From Myxococcota bacterium (GTDB lineage: Bacteria > Myxococcota_A > Polyangia > Nannocystales > Nannocystaceae), in assembly GCA_039028615.1 (NCBI GenBank), contig JBCCHT010000002.1, positions 480,001 to 544,000 on the forward strand: a stretch of DNA of 64,000 nt, given 5' to 3'. A program made the position numbers and the translations under genes. Below, piece by piece: positions 1-8,996 of the stretch; position 1 is the first letter of the stretch; the number at the start of each line of letters is the position of its first letter. Below the pieces are notes generated by a model. It was not told where the DNA came from, ran no database searches, and was given only the letters and a program-made list of their open reading frames with translations.

Positions 1-4
1 ACAC

Positions 5-784
5 TCAATCTTCGGGCGCCGTGAAACCAGATGCACGCCCGGCGGCGAGGTCCGAAAGGTCCGCGTAGGGGGTCACACAAGGACGACCATCGGCATGGAA
101 GAACTCGATCCCATCGGGGTCGGGACACAGGCGCACGAGGGTGGAACAGCGGGTGCCGTAGCCGTGAGCGTCACTGTGCACGCACGGACCCTCGAAGGTG
201 GGCTCGGCGTGCTCGGACATGAGTGTGTGCCAGGTCGCGCGGTCGGGCTCGGGCCCATCGAGCCGCGGACCGAAACGCTCGACGAGACGACGCCGAATGA
301 GTCCATCTCGCTGGGTCGGCGCGGCACCTCGGCTGCGTTCGCTCAGCACGTGGATGCCCGGGTCGAGCCGTTCGTGATGATGGGTCGCGCCGTCGTTCCA
401 CACGAGCTGGACCTGCTGTCGATCGGCGATGAGCAGGTGGAACGGCGCGTGCTGGCTGGGGTCGAGGGCGGCGATGCGACGAGCGGCGGCGTCCACCGTG
501 CCCGCCGCGAGGGCATCGAGGACGAGCTCACCGCGGGACCGCGGCCCGGGCACGTTGCTGGCTCCGGTGAAGCGGTTGGTGATGCCCACGAACAAGTTCG
601 CCCCACGGACCCCGAGCCAGGTTCCTCCGGCTCGAAGATCACGCGGGGCGAAGATTTCGGGGTCGTCGCCCCGCGCCCATCGGTGGGGCGCGGCGGCGGG
701 ACGAGCGAGCTGCTCGTCACGGTTGGCGGCGACCACGAGGGGCGCCGAGTCCCACACGCGGGTGGCGACGACCAGCGTACACAT
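5..784 (-). CDS. NRDE family (TANGO2-like) protein
   Basis: Starts MCTLVVA...AANRDE, with DLRAGGTWLG, GITN, SRGELV and YGTRCST motifs of the NRDE family. Start set at ATG 784, 7 nt downstream of the upstream gene's stop. Confidence 0.9.
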   Translation of the reverse strand: MCTLVVATRVWDSAPLVVAANRDEQLARPAAAPHRWARGDDPEIFAPRDLRAGGTWLGVRGANLFVGITNRFTGASNVPGPRSRGELVLDALAAGTVDAAARRIAALDPSQHAPFHLLIADRQQVQLVWNDGATHHHERLDPGIHVLSERSRGAAPTQRDGLIRRRLVERFGPRLDGPEPDRATWHTLMSEHAEPTFEGPCVHSDAHGYGTRCSTLVRLCPDPDGIEFFHADGRPCVTPYADLSDLAAGRASGFTAPED

Positions 785-791
785 CGTGACG

Positions 792-2594
792 TCAGGTGCT
801 GGGCGGCGTGGTGCCTCCACCCGCGCTCGGGGGCTTGCCGAGCGAGGTCTTGGGCGCACCGAGGCCGGTGCCCGGGCCCTTGTTGCCACCACTGGCGGCG
901 GCCGACTTCTGGGCAGCCTCGTAGCGACGCTTGACGATGTCACCGGCGACCTCGCGCGAGCCGAGGCCGAAGGCCAGGGCCATGGCCAGGCACAGCGCAC
1001 CGAAGAGCAGGCCGAAGGTCATGAGCACGAAGTCCTCGGCCACACCGAGCTGGCTCACCGCCATGGTGAAGGCAAAGACCAGGACGACGTAGCGGGCGAA
1101 CTCGGCGATCCAGCGGCCGGTCTCCGTGTCTCCCTGGCGAGAGTGGATGAGGTCGCGGACGTAGCCACCGATGATGAAGCCGACGAGCACCACGGCCAGG
1201 GCCACGGCGACGTTGGTGAGGACGTAGGCCAGCAGGGTGTTGACGTAGACGGACCAGGTGTCGAGGGCCAGGTTGTCCAGCGCCTGCGCGATGGCCAGCA
1301 TGACGACGCCCACCTGGACGGCGAAGGCTACCATCTCGGAGAACTCGCCGAGGCGATCCTCGCGCTCGGAGACCTTGCCGAAGCCGAGACGCTCCATGAG
1401 GCGATCGAAGCCGAGGTTGCGTAGGGTGGTGCCCACCAGGCGGCGCAGCAGGCCACCCACGAAAACTCCGGCGAAGATGATGACGACGGAGACGGCGAGG
1501 ATGGGCAGCAAGTTCCAGAACTTGCCGACCATGTCGGTGAGGGGGCCGGCCAAGGTCGACAGGCCGAGCTCGTTGAGCGCGGCGATGGTGGCCTGCATGA
1601 TCACGAAGACCATGAGCGCCAGGCCGACGACGTCGCTGGGAGCGCTGTCACCGGTGAGCTTGGAGAGGCCGAAGCGCTCCATCAGGCTGTCGAAGCCGAG
1701 GCCCTGGAGGAGCTTGCGGACGACGACGCGGAGGATGCGGCCCGCGGCGTAGCCGACGAACATGATGATCGCGGCGACACCCAGCGAGGGCAGCAGGCCG
1801 ACGATGCGGTCGATGGCGTTGCGCAGCGGCGCGGCCAGGGGCTCGATGTCGAGGGCCTCGAGGGCACCCGCGAGACCGAAGACGATGAGCAACCAGAAGA
1901 TGAGGTTGCCAGCGACGGCCGAGAAGCGACGTGGGCTCTCCGGGTCGTCGTCCTCGGTGGTCTCGGTGAGCTGGGCGAAGCGGGAGTCCACGCCCAGGGT
2001 ATCGAGCGCACGCTCGACGATGATCTTGAGGATCCGACCGGCGACGTAGGCGACGGTGAGGATGAGGGCCGCCTTGGCCACGCGCGGGAACGCCTGGACC
2101 ACGGTGTCGAGCAGGCCCTGCAGCGGCGCGGCCATCTGCTCGAAGCCGGCGAAGCCGAGCACGCCGACGATCACCAGCAACATCAGCAGGATGTAGACGA
2201 CCTTGGCGACGAAGCGCTCGAGGGCTCCGCCCTCACCTTCGGCCCCGCCCTCGACGTCCTTGAGCAGCAGGTTGATGCCGAGGCGCTGCGCGAGCTTGTT
2301 GTCGAGGTCGGTCTTGGTCAGCAGCGTGTAGACGCCGTAGGACACCGACTTGGCGATGACCCAGCCGATGATGAACATCGCCAGGGCGCCGGCGATCTTC
2401 AGGACCGGTCCCGACATGTGCTCCTGCGCCCAGTTCAAGAAGCCGTTGCCTGAACCGGCCGTCTCGGCGACGGCGGGTGGAGCGGCAGCTGCGGGCGCGG
2501 CGAGAGCCGTGTCGGCAAATAGGGCCGCCAACACGAGCAGCGGAATTACGAGGGAAGACAGCGCCACCGGGCGGCGCAACAGAACCTTCATCAT
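792..2594 (-). CDS. Mechanosensitive channel-related membrane protein with repeated TM-helix units (CmpX-like)
   Basis: About five repeats of the pattern (L/F)P.(L/V)..A.....GY..G.(I/L)..(V/I)V..LL..LGFD.L. C-terminal LAMALAFGLGSREVA. GGAGG SD before ATG 2594. Confidence 0.8.
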   Translation of the reverse strand: MMKVLLRRPVALSSLVIPLLVLAALFADTALAAPAAAAPPAVAETAGSGNGFLNWAQEHMSGPVLKIAGALAMFIIGWVIAKSVSYGVYTLLTKTDLDNKLAQRLGINLLLKDVEGGAEGEGGALERFVAKVVYILLMLLVIVGVLGFAGFEQMAAPLQGLLDTVVQAFPRVAKAALILTVAYVAGRILKIIVERALDTLGVDSRFAQLTETTEDDDPESPRRFSAVAGNLIFWLLIVFGLAGALEALDIEPLAAPLRNAIDRIVGLLPSLGVAAIIMFVGYAAGRILRVVVRKLLQGLGFDSLMERFGLSKLTGDSAPSDVVGLALMVFVIMQATIAALNELGLSTLAGPLTDMVGKFWNLLPILAVSVVIIFAGVFVGGLLRRLVGTTLRNLGFDRLMERLGFGKVSEREDRLGEFSEMVAFAVQVGVVMLAIAQALDNLALDTWSVYVNTLLAYVLTNVAVALAVVLVGFIIGGYVRDLIHSRQGDTETGRWIAEFARYVVLVFAFTMAVSQLGVAEDFVLMTFGLLFGALCLAMALAFGLGSREVAGDIVKRRYEAAQKSAAASGGNKGPGTGLGAPKTSLGKPPSAGGGTTPPST

Positions 2595-3052
2595 GGTGGA
2601 ATGACCCTCCGAAGTTGGATCGGGCGAGGTGCGGTTGTGGGGGGAACGAAGCAAGAGGGAACGAGATGCGGCACCTCAAACACGAGGGCGACACATCATC
2701 GGGGCCGGCTTGTAGCACAGGATGCTCTTCGATAATCGCTGCCTTTTGCCCCAAAGCGGGCCCTTGGCGGCGACTTAGAGCCAAATCCACGGGTCGGGGC
2801 GAGTCGATGCGAGACCGACGGGCGGGCCGATTTGGGTCGGCGAGGGACCGCGACCCCAGTCGGTCGTCGGCGACGACACCCCGTCGTCCACGACCCGACC
2901 CCGGCCTCGGTCATCCACCGACGTCGTCGTCGCGAGCCCGGGCCGCCGAGAGATCGCAACGTCCACGAACGCCGTCCTCGCACCGTCCACGCCCAGTGGA
3001 GACCGCCCCACGCGCGATTCGACGCGGGCCTGCGCTCGCGTTGACCGCGGAT

Positions 3053-3081
3053 TTGACGGTCCCGTAACCGATCCCTATGTT
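3053..3081 (+). promoter_or_regulatory. sigma70-type promoter for tRNA/zinc-ribbon unit
   Basis: TTGACG-17 nt-TATGTT ending 21 nt before the tRNA 5' end. Confidence 0.7.
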
Positions 3082-3099
3082 CGCCAGCACCGAACTTTC

Positions 3100-3176
<77 letters not shown>

Positions 3177-3201
3177 CCGTTTCGACTCGAGCAAGCTTTC
3201 T

Positions 3202-4002
3202 ATGAACCCGCAGATCACTGCGCTCCATCAGCTCCAAAAGCAGGACCGTCAACTCGGCCGGCTCGAGCGAAAACTCGAGCTCATCCCGCGCCGAATCAAG
3301 GAGTTGGACGAGGACCTCGACAAACTCCGCTTCATGCTCGATGCCGAGCTGGAAAAATGTGAGCAGACGCGCAATTTCCAGCGTTCGCAGGAGCAGCAGC
3401 TCAGCGAAGAAGAAGAGCTCATCCGCCAGAGCAAGGCCCGTCTCAACCAGGTCAAGACCGCGCGCGAACTCAGCGCGACCCAGCGCGAGATCGACACGAC
3501 TCGCCGCCTGGCCACCTCCCGCGCGGAGGAGATCGAAAAGCTCAAGGCCGGCGTGGAAGAGGCGGAAAAGCGCGTGTCCGCGATGAGCGACAGCCTCAAC
3601 GCGCTGCAGAGCCAGGCCGACGAGGAAAAGAACCGCCTCGGCGCCACCGAGCGCAAGATCGACACCAAGCTCGCCAAGCTCCGAAGCAAGCGCACCGGGC
3701 TGACCTCGCAGATCGAGGCCGGCACGCTGGCCACCTACGAGCGCATCCGCCGTAAGGGCGGCGGCCTGGCCTTCGTGGCCGTCCGCGAGCGCCGTTGCTC
3801 GGCCTGCAAGATGGTCGTGCCGCACCAGATCTACGTGCACCTGCGCAAGGGCGACGACATCCAGGCCTGCGAGTCCTGTGGTCGCCTGCTCTACTGGGGC
3901 GCCCACTTCCCCGAGGACGAGGAGACCGGCGTCAAAAAGAAGAAGGGCGAGGTCGCCCCCAAGGCCGCCCCGCCGCAGGTCCGCGGCGTGAAGAAGGTCT
4001 AG
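3202..4002 (+). CDS. C4-type zinc ribbon domain protein (DUF164; CT398/HP0958-like coiled coil)
   Basis: Long coiled coil followed by CSAC-x21-CESCGRLLY. Confidence 0.9.
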   Translation: MNPQITALHQLQKQDRQLGRLERKLELIPRRIKELDEDLDKLRFMLDAELEKCEQTRNFQRSQEQQLSEEEELIRQSKARLNQVKTARELSATQREIDTTRRLATSRAEEIEKLKAGVEEAEKRVSAMSDSLNALQSQADEEKNRLGATERKIDTKLAKLRSKRTGLTSQIEAGTLATYERIRRKGGGLAFVAVRERRCSACKMVVPHQIYVHLRKGDDIQACESCGRLLYWGAHFPEDEETGVKKKKGEVAPKAAPPQVRGVKKV

Positions 4003-4025
4003 ACCGCCCTCCCCTCGCGGCTTCG

Positions 4026-4057
4026 AAAAAACGACGCCCCGCACTGCTGCGGGGCGT
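4026..4057 (-). terminator. Intrinsic terminator after argH (possibly bidirectional)
   Basis: Stem ACGCCCCGCA/TGCGGGGCGT with an A6 tract on the + strand (U-tract on -), between convergent genes. Confidence 0.7.
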
Positions 4058-4077
4058 TCGTCGTTGGAGACGCACCC

Positions 4078-5391
4078 TCAGGCGAAGCGAGCCGCGCGGC
4101 GACGAGCGCTCTCGCGGAGGTTGAGCTTCACCAGCACGTCCTTGCCCAGACCCAGCTCGGCGAGATCCTCGGCGGTCAGGTCGACCAGGCGCTTGCCGTC
4201 GGCCCGCTGCTGCACGACCAGCCGCCCGACGACGCCGTAGGCCTCGCGGAAGGCCATGCCGCCCACGACCAGGGCCTCGCATAGGTCGGTGGCGATCGCG
4301 TCGCCCTTGGCCAGCGCGGCCAGGCAGGGCTCCTCGAGGGGCTCGAACTCCCGCAGCGCCAGCGCGGTCATGCGCAGCACGTCGAGCGTGCCGTCCACGG
4401 CGCGGAAGATGATCTCTTTGTCTTGCTGAAGGTCGCGGTGATAGCCGCTGCCCAGGCCGTGGAAGGTGCCCATCAGCGCGACCAGTTCGCCGCGCCGCAT
4501 CGCCGCCTGGCCACGAAGCAGCTCGAACAGGTCGGGGTTGCGCTTGTGCGGCATCATCGAGGACCCGCCCGCGATCGCCCCGCCGAGCCGGATGAGCCCG
4601 TCGGAGGAGAGCTCGATGACGTCGGTGGAGAGCCGGGCCACGTGCAGCCCGAGCCGCGCGCACACGAACAGCAAGGTCAGCGCGTGGTCGCGCTCGCCCA
4701 CCGCATCGATGGGGTTGCGCGGGCCACCGCCGAAGCCGAGCGCGTCGGCGGTCACCGAGGTGTCGATGGGCAGCGTGGTGCCGCCGATGGCCCCCGCGCC
4801 GAGCGGGGACGCGGCCAGCTCGTCGCGCACGGCCGACAAAAGCGCTCGGTCGCGCTCGAGACCTTCGATGAGCGCGCCCTGCATCCACACGCGTCCCATG
4901 ACCGGGATCGCCACCTGGCGATGCGTGTAGCTGGGCATGGGCACCTCGCCGAAGCGCTCGCCCCAGGCCCGGGCGGCGTCGAGCACCGTGCCGATCGCGG
5001 CGTCGATCTGCGCCACCGCGTCGCGGCACCACAGCTTGAGATCGGTCGCGACCTGGTCGTTGCGGCTGCGTCCGGTGTGCAGCTTGCCCGCCACCTCGCC
5101 GACAGCGTCGTTGAGCCAGGCCTCGATGGCCATGTGGACGTCTTCTTCGTCCTCGCGGAGCGTCACTTCTCCGCTGGCGACCTTGCCCGGCAGCGACTCC
5201 AGGGCCTCGGTCAGGGTCTTGGCCTCGTCGGCGGTGAGCAGGCCGGCCGCCAACAGGCCGCGCACATGGGCCACGCTCCCTCGGCAGTCGACCTCGAGCA
5301 GTCGACAGTCGACGGGCAGCGAGGTGGACCAGCGCAGGAAATCGGGATCGAGATCACCACCGGTCGCGGCGGTACGGGCGATGGACGACAT
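4078..5391 (-). CDS. argH: Argininosuccinate lyase
   Basis: EDVHMAIE, KLHTGRSRNDQVATD, MPSYTH, GSSMMPHKRNPD and YHRDLQQDK motifs. Confidence 0.95.
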   Translation of the reverse strand: MSSIARTAATGGDLDPDFLRWSTSLPVDCRLLEVDCRGSVAHVRGLLAAGLLTADEAKTLTEALESLPGKVASGEVTLREDEEDVHMAIEAWLNDAVGEVAGKLHTGRSRNDQVATDLKLWCRDAVAQIDAAIGTVLDAARAWGERFGEVPMPSYTHRQVAIPVMGRVWMQGALIEGLERDRALLSAVRDELAASPLGAGAIGGTTLPIDTSVTADALGFGGGPRNPIDAVGERDHALTLLFVCARLGLHVARLSTDVIELSSDGLIRLGGAIAGGSSMMPHKRNPDLFELLRGQAAMRRGELVALMGTFHGLGSGYHRDLQQDKEIIFRAVDGTLDVLRMTALALREFEPLEEPCLAALAKGDAIATDLCEALVVGGMAFREAYGVVGRLVVQQRADGKRLVDLTAEDLAELGLGKDVLVKLNLRESARRRAARFA

Positions 5392-5399
5392 GACCGACC

Positions 5400-5714
5400 C
5401 TATACGCCCGTGAAGTCGAAGTAGTCACGCAGGTTCTTGAGCGCGGCCGGGTCGTTGGTCTTGACCTTGCCCCGCGCGATGTCGATGGGCCCGGGCAGCT
5501 TGCCCTTGATCACCATCTTCTCGAACAGCGCGGCGGTCGTCTTGAGGACGACGTCGGCGTTGTCGACCTTGCGGTTGGGCTCGACTTTGACTTCTTCGGG
5601 GCTGATCGTGACCGTGTAGCGGAGCTTGTCGATCGAGAAGTAGAAGACGGTCGTCTTGGATGCTTTGCCCTTGATGTAGCGCTTGGGCATTTCCTCGAAG
5701 ATTTGGGCGATCAT
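5400..5714 (-). CDS. SCP2 sterol/lipid-binding domain protein
   Basis: 104 aa with an ADVVLKTT...FEKMVIKG...IARGKVKT.D SCP2-like pattern. Ends 8 nt upstream of argH. Confidence 0.7.
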   Translation of the reverse strand: MIAQIFEEMPKRYIKGKASKTTVFYFSIDKLRYTVTISPEEVKVEPNRKVDNADVVLKTTAALFEKMVIKGKLPGPIDIARGKVKTNDPAALKNLRDYFDFTGV

Positions 5715-5907
5715 GCGGCCGGGACGCTAGCAGGAACGCCGCCGCGCCTGCCGCGCGATGCTCGCTCCTTTGTGTAGGTCTCTGTAAGTGTGTCGAAAAC
5801 CGCAGCGAATTGCATGGAGCTGGCGGTACCCTCGTCCAAGGCCTCGACCCTCCCCGGCCCGCTCCACCGCCAGGACCCTTTTCTTCGATCGTTTTCAGGT
5901 AATCGGC

Positions 5908-6747
5908 ATGCGCACGTCTCTCAAGTTCTTGCTCCCCTCCCTCGCCTTCATGGCGCCCCTGGCCTACGCGGGCTCGGCCCAGGCCGATCTCGGTGCCTGC
6001 GGCAACATCCACGTCGAGGCCAGCGCCGAGTGCGAAGTCCTCGTGGGCGCCGAATGCGAGGTCGCCTGTGAGCCGGTCGCATTCGAGGCCCAGTGTGCCG
6101 CCGACCTTTACGTGGGCTGCGAGGGACAGTGCAACGCCGAGATCAACGCGGGCTGCTCCGGCACCTGCGAGGCCGACTGCAACGTCGAGTGCGAGGTCGA
6201 CCCGGGCCGCTTCGACTGCCGCGCCAACTGCTTCGCCGACGGACGGGCGGACTGCCAGGCCCGCTGTGCCGACAGCGAGTGCCACGCGTCGTGCGAGGCC
6301 ACCCTCGAGGCCCAGTGCTCGGCCTCCTGCAACATCGAGCTCCCCGAGGCCGACTGCTCCGGTCGCTGCGAGGCCAGCTGCGAGGGCTACTGCCAGGCCG
6401 AGGCCAACATCGACTGCCAGGTCGAGTGCCAGGCCGGCGGCTACATCGACTGCCAGTCGCGACTGAGCGGCGGGTGCGTGGCCGAGTGTGATGTCGACGG
6501 GGCCCTGTTCTGCGACCAGCAGTACATCGACCACGGCGGCAACCTGCAGGAGTGCATCGACTCCCTGCGAGCGCTGCTCGACATCGAGGTCACCGGTGAG
6601 GCCAGCGGCAGCTGCAGCGGCAACACCTGCGAGGGCTCGGCCAGCGGCTCCATCTCCTGCAACATCGGCGAGGGCTCGACCGTGCCGCTGGGCGGGATGA
6701 TCCTGCTGATGCTCGGCATCGGCGGCGCCATGCGACGCCGCTTCTAG
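5908..6747 (+). CDS. Secreted cysteine-rich protein with MYXO-CTERM-like anchor
   Basis: Signal peptide (AQA-D), 33 Cys, C-terminal SC-linker-hydrophobic helix-RRRF. Confidence 0.85.
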   Translation: MRTSLKFLLPSLAFMAPLAYAGSAQADLGACGNIHVEASAECEVLVGAECEVACEPVAFEAQCAADLYVGCEGQCNAEINAGCSGTCEADCNVECEVDPGRFDCRANCFADGRADCQARCADSECHASCEATLEAQCSASCNIELPEADCSGRCEASCEGYCQAEANIDCQVECQAGGYIDCQSRLSGGCVAECDVDGALFCDQQYIDHGGNLQECIDSLRALLDIEVTGEASGSCSGNTCEGSASGSISCNIGEGSTVPLGGMILLMLGIGGAMRRRF

Positions 6748-6768
6748 CCCCCCTCCGCCCGGAGGAAC

Positions 6769-6810
6769 AAAAAGACGCCACCCGCGATCACTCGGGGTGG
6801 CGTCTTTTTT
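6769..6810. terminator. Bidirectional intrinsic terminator
   Basis: AAAAAGACGCCACCC...GGGTGGCGTCTTTTTT between convergent genes. Confidence 0.9.
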
Positions 6811-6827
6811 CGTGCCTGGCGTTGCCG

Positions 6828-8180
6828 TTAGTCGAGCGGCTTGGCCATGGTGACGAGTTCTTCGGCCGAGGTGGGGTGGATGCCGACCGTCGCGTCGAAC
6901 TGGGCCTTGGTCGCGCCGCAGCGCAGCGCCACGGCAAAGCCCTGGATGATCTCGCCCGCATCGGGGCCGACCATGTGCACACCGAGCACCTTGTCGGTGT
7001 CGCGATCGACCAGCAGCTTCATCATCGTGCGATCCTGACGACCGGGCAGCACGTTCTTCATCGGTCGGAAGTTCGTGCGGTACACGTCCACGTGCGGGTA
7101 GCGAGTGCGGGCCTCTTTTTCGGTCATGCCCACCGTGCCCACCTGGGGCTGCGAGAACACGGCCGTGGGCACGACCTGGTGGTCGATCTTGGTGGGGTTG
7201 TCGTTGAACAGGGTCTCGGCGAGGGCGCGGCCGTCGGCGATGGCCACGGGCGTCAGGTTGAGCCGGGTCGTGGCATCACCCACCGCGTAGACGCTGGGCA
7301 CGTTGGTCCGCGACCACTCGTCGACCTCGATGGCACCGTGCTCGTCGGTCTTGATGCCCAGGTCCTCGAGGCCCAGGTTGCGGGTGTTGGGCCAGCGCCC
7401 GGTCGCCCACATGAACACGTCCGCCTCGTGCTCGGTGCCTCCGCGACAGACGGCGACGACCTTGTCGCCGCGCTTTTCGAGCCACTCGAGGTCGGTGTGG
7501 GTCTTGATCTCGATCCCCCGACGCTGCAGTTCCTCGGCCAGGGCGTTGTGCACGTCGTCATCGAAGCCCCGCAGCACGCCGTAGCCCCGCACCAGCAAGG
7601 TGACCTTGGACCCCGCCCCCGCGAAGATGCCCGCGAACTCCACCGCGATATAGCCTCCGCCCACGATCACCAGGTGCTCGGGGATGGTGGTCAGATCGAG
7701 CGCCTCGTTGGAGGTGATGCCCAGCTCCGCCCCGGGGATCTTGGGCACGTGCGGCCAGCCCCCAGTGGCGATCAGGATGTTCTCGGCGGTGTAGCGCTTG
7801 CCCTCGACCTCGACGGTGTGCGGGTCGACCAGGGTGCCGCGGCCGTTGATGATCTCGACCCCCGACTGACCCAACATGCGCAAGTAGATGCCGTTGAGTC
7901 GATCGAGCTCGGCGTCCTTGGCCGCGACCAGGCGCGCCCAGTCGAGGGTGCTCTCGCCGATCGACCACCCGTAGCCGCTCGCGTCTTCGAGGTCGTCACG
8001 GAAGTGCGAGGCGTAGACGAGCAACTTCTTGGGCACGCAGCCGCGCAGCACACAGGTGCCGCCGACGCGACTGGACTCGCAAATCGCCACCCTGGCGCCG
8101 TAGCTCCCGGCACGGCGACTGCTCGCCACGCCCCCGGACCCCGCACCGATGGTGAACAAATCGTAGTCGTACTTGGACAT
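6828..8180 (-). CDS. gor: Glutathione-disulfide reductase
   Basis: GAGSGG, GGTCVLRGCVPKK, GGGYIAVEFA and TVGIHPTSAEE motifs. Confidence 0.95.
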   Translation of the reverse strand: MSKYDYDLFTIGAGSGGVASSRRAGSYGARVAICESSRVGGTCVLRGCVPKKLLVYASHFRDDLEDASGYGWSIGESTLDWARLVAAKDAELDRLNGIYLRMLGQSGVEIINGRGTLVDPHTVEVEGKRYTAENILIATGGWPHVPKIPGAELGITSNEALDLTTIPEHLVIVGGGYIAVEFAGIFAGAGSKVTLLVRGYGVLRGFDDDVHNALAEELQRRGIEIKTHTDLEWLEKRGDKVVAVCRGGTEHEADVFMWATGRWPNTRNLGLEDLGIKTDEHGAIEVDEWSRTNVPSVYAVGDATTRLNLTPVAIADGRALAETLFNDNPTKIDHQVVPTAVFSQPQVGTVGMTEKEARTRYPHVDVYRTNFRPMKNVLPGRQDRTMMKLLVDRDTDKVLGVHMVGPDAGEIIQGFAVALRCGATKAQFDATVGIHPTSAEELVTMAKPLD

Positions 8181-8249
8181 GCGTTCCCCGACGCTACGCA
8201 GGGGGACGCCCTGGTTGCAAGCCGCCCCCGGCGAAGCGGGCGCCGAGGC

Positions 8250-8996
8250 TCAGTGACCCAAGCCGAGGCCCTGGGCGGCCTCGCGTCGCAGGGAGGCGAA
8301 GGGGCGATTCCAACGCGGTACGGCGTCGACGCGCCAGGCCTCGAGCGGGAGCAGGCCCTCCACCGCCAGGTGCTCGTGCAGCGTGATCTCGGCCGCGGGC
8401 TCGCGGGAAAACCCAAAGGGGTTGCGAGGGCGACCGTCGGGCAGCGGCGGGTACTTCTGGTCTCGCCCCTCCGCGATCAGCACCAGCAGCTCCTGGCCGC
8501 GATGGAGCATGAAGGCGAGGAACTCGGGATCGAAGGGTCCGATGTCGACGCGCGAAGCCGGCTCGCGGGCGACCCACTTGGCCCAGTCGAAGCCGTAGAC
8601 GAAGTCGTGCACGTAGCGGAAGCGGATCACGGTGCCGCCCCCGAACAGGCGCTGGAGTTCGACGATGCGCTGGCCCTGTCGACCGATGAAGGCCACGGGA
8701 TCGTCCACCGTTCGCGCGCCCGCCCAGATCGACGCCGCGAGGCTCTCGAGATCCCCGAAGAGGTTCTCGGGGAAGGACTCCTGCATCGACACCGCGACCG
8801 CGGCCAGGGTGTCGGCGAAGGCCACCGCGACCGCATCGTCTCGCCCGCCGAGCACGAGCCGGCTGGTCTCGGTCAGCGAGCGCGCCCGAGAGCGACCCGG
8901 GGCCAGGCTGCGCCAAGGGGTCCGCGCCAGTCGAGCATCGGCGGCGGCGAGGCGCTGGCTGACGGCGGCGGCGGCCGTGGACGTCGAGGTCATCAT
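8250..8996 (-). CDS. Hypothetical protein (FRYVHDFVYGFDWAKW motif)
   Basis: ATGA overlap with the prenyltransferase stop. Protein-like composition with motifs FPENLFGD and RNPFGFSREP. The upstream part of the 521-aa ORF is shadow. Confidence 0.75.
   Translation of the reverse strand: MMTSTSTAAAAVSQRLAAADARLARTPWRSLAPGRSRARSLTETSRLVLGGRDDAVAVAFADTLAAVAVSMQESFPENLFGDLESLAASIWAGARTVDDPVAFIGRQGQRIVELQRLFGGGTVIRFRYVHDFVYGFDWAKWVAREPASRVDIGPFDPEFLAFMLHRGQELLVLIAEGRDQKYPPLPDGRPRNPFGFSREPAAEITLHEHLAVEGLLPLEAWRVDAVPRWNRPFASLRREAAQGLGLGH

Noticed and set aside
2800..3000. CGACGAC/GTCGTC-rich intergenic stretch as CRISPR or ncRNA
   Set aside because: No constant-length repeat-spacer pattern, no cas genes and no recognisable RNA family.
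4003..4077. RNase P RNA expected downstream of the zinc-ribbon gene
   Set aside because: Only about 75 nt, containing a terminator. No GAGGAAAGTCC motif.
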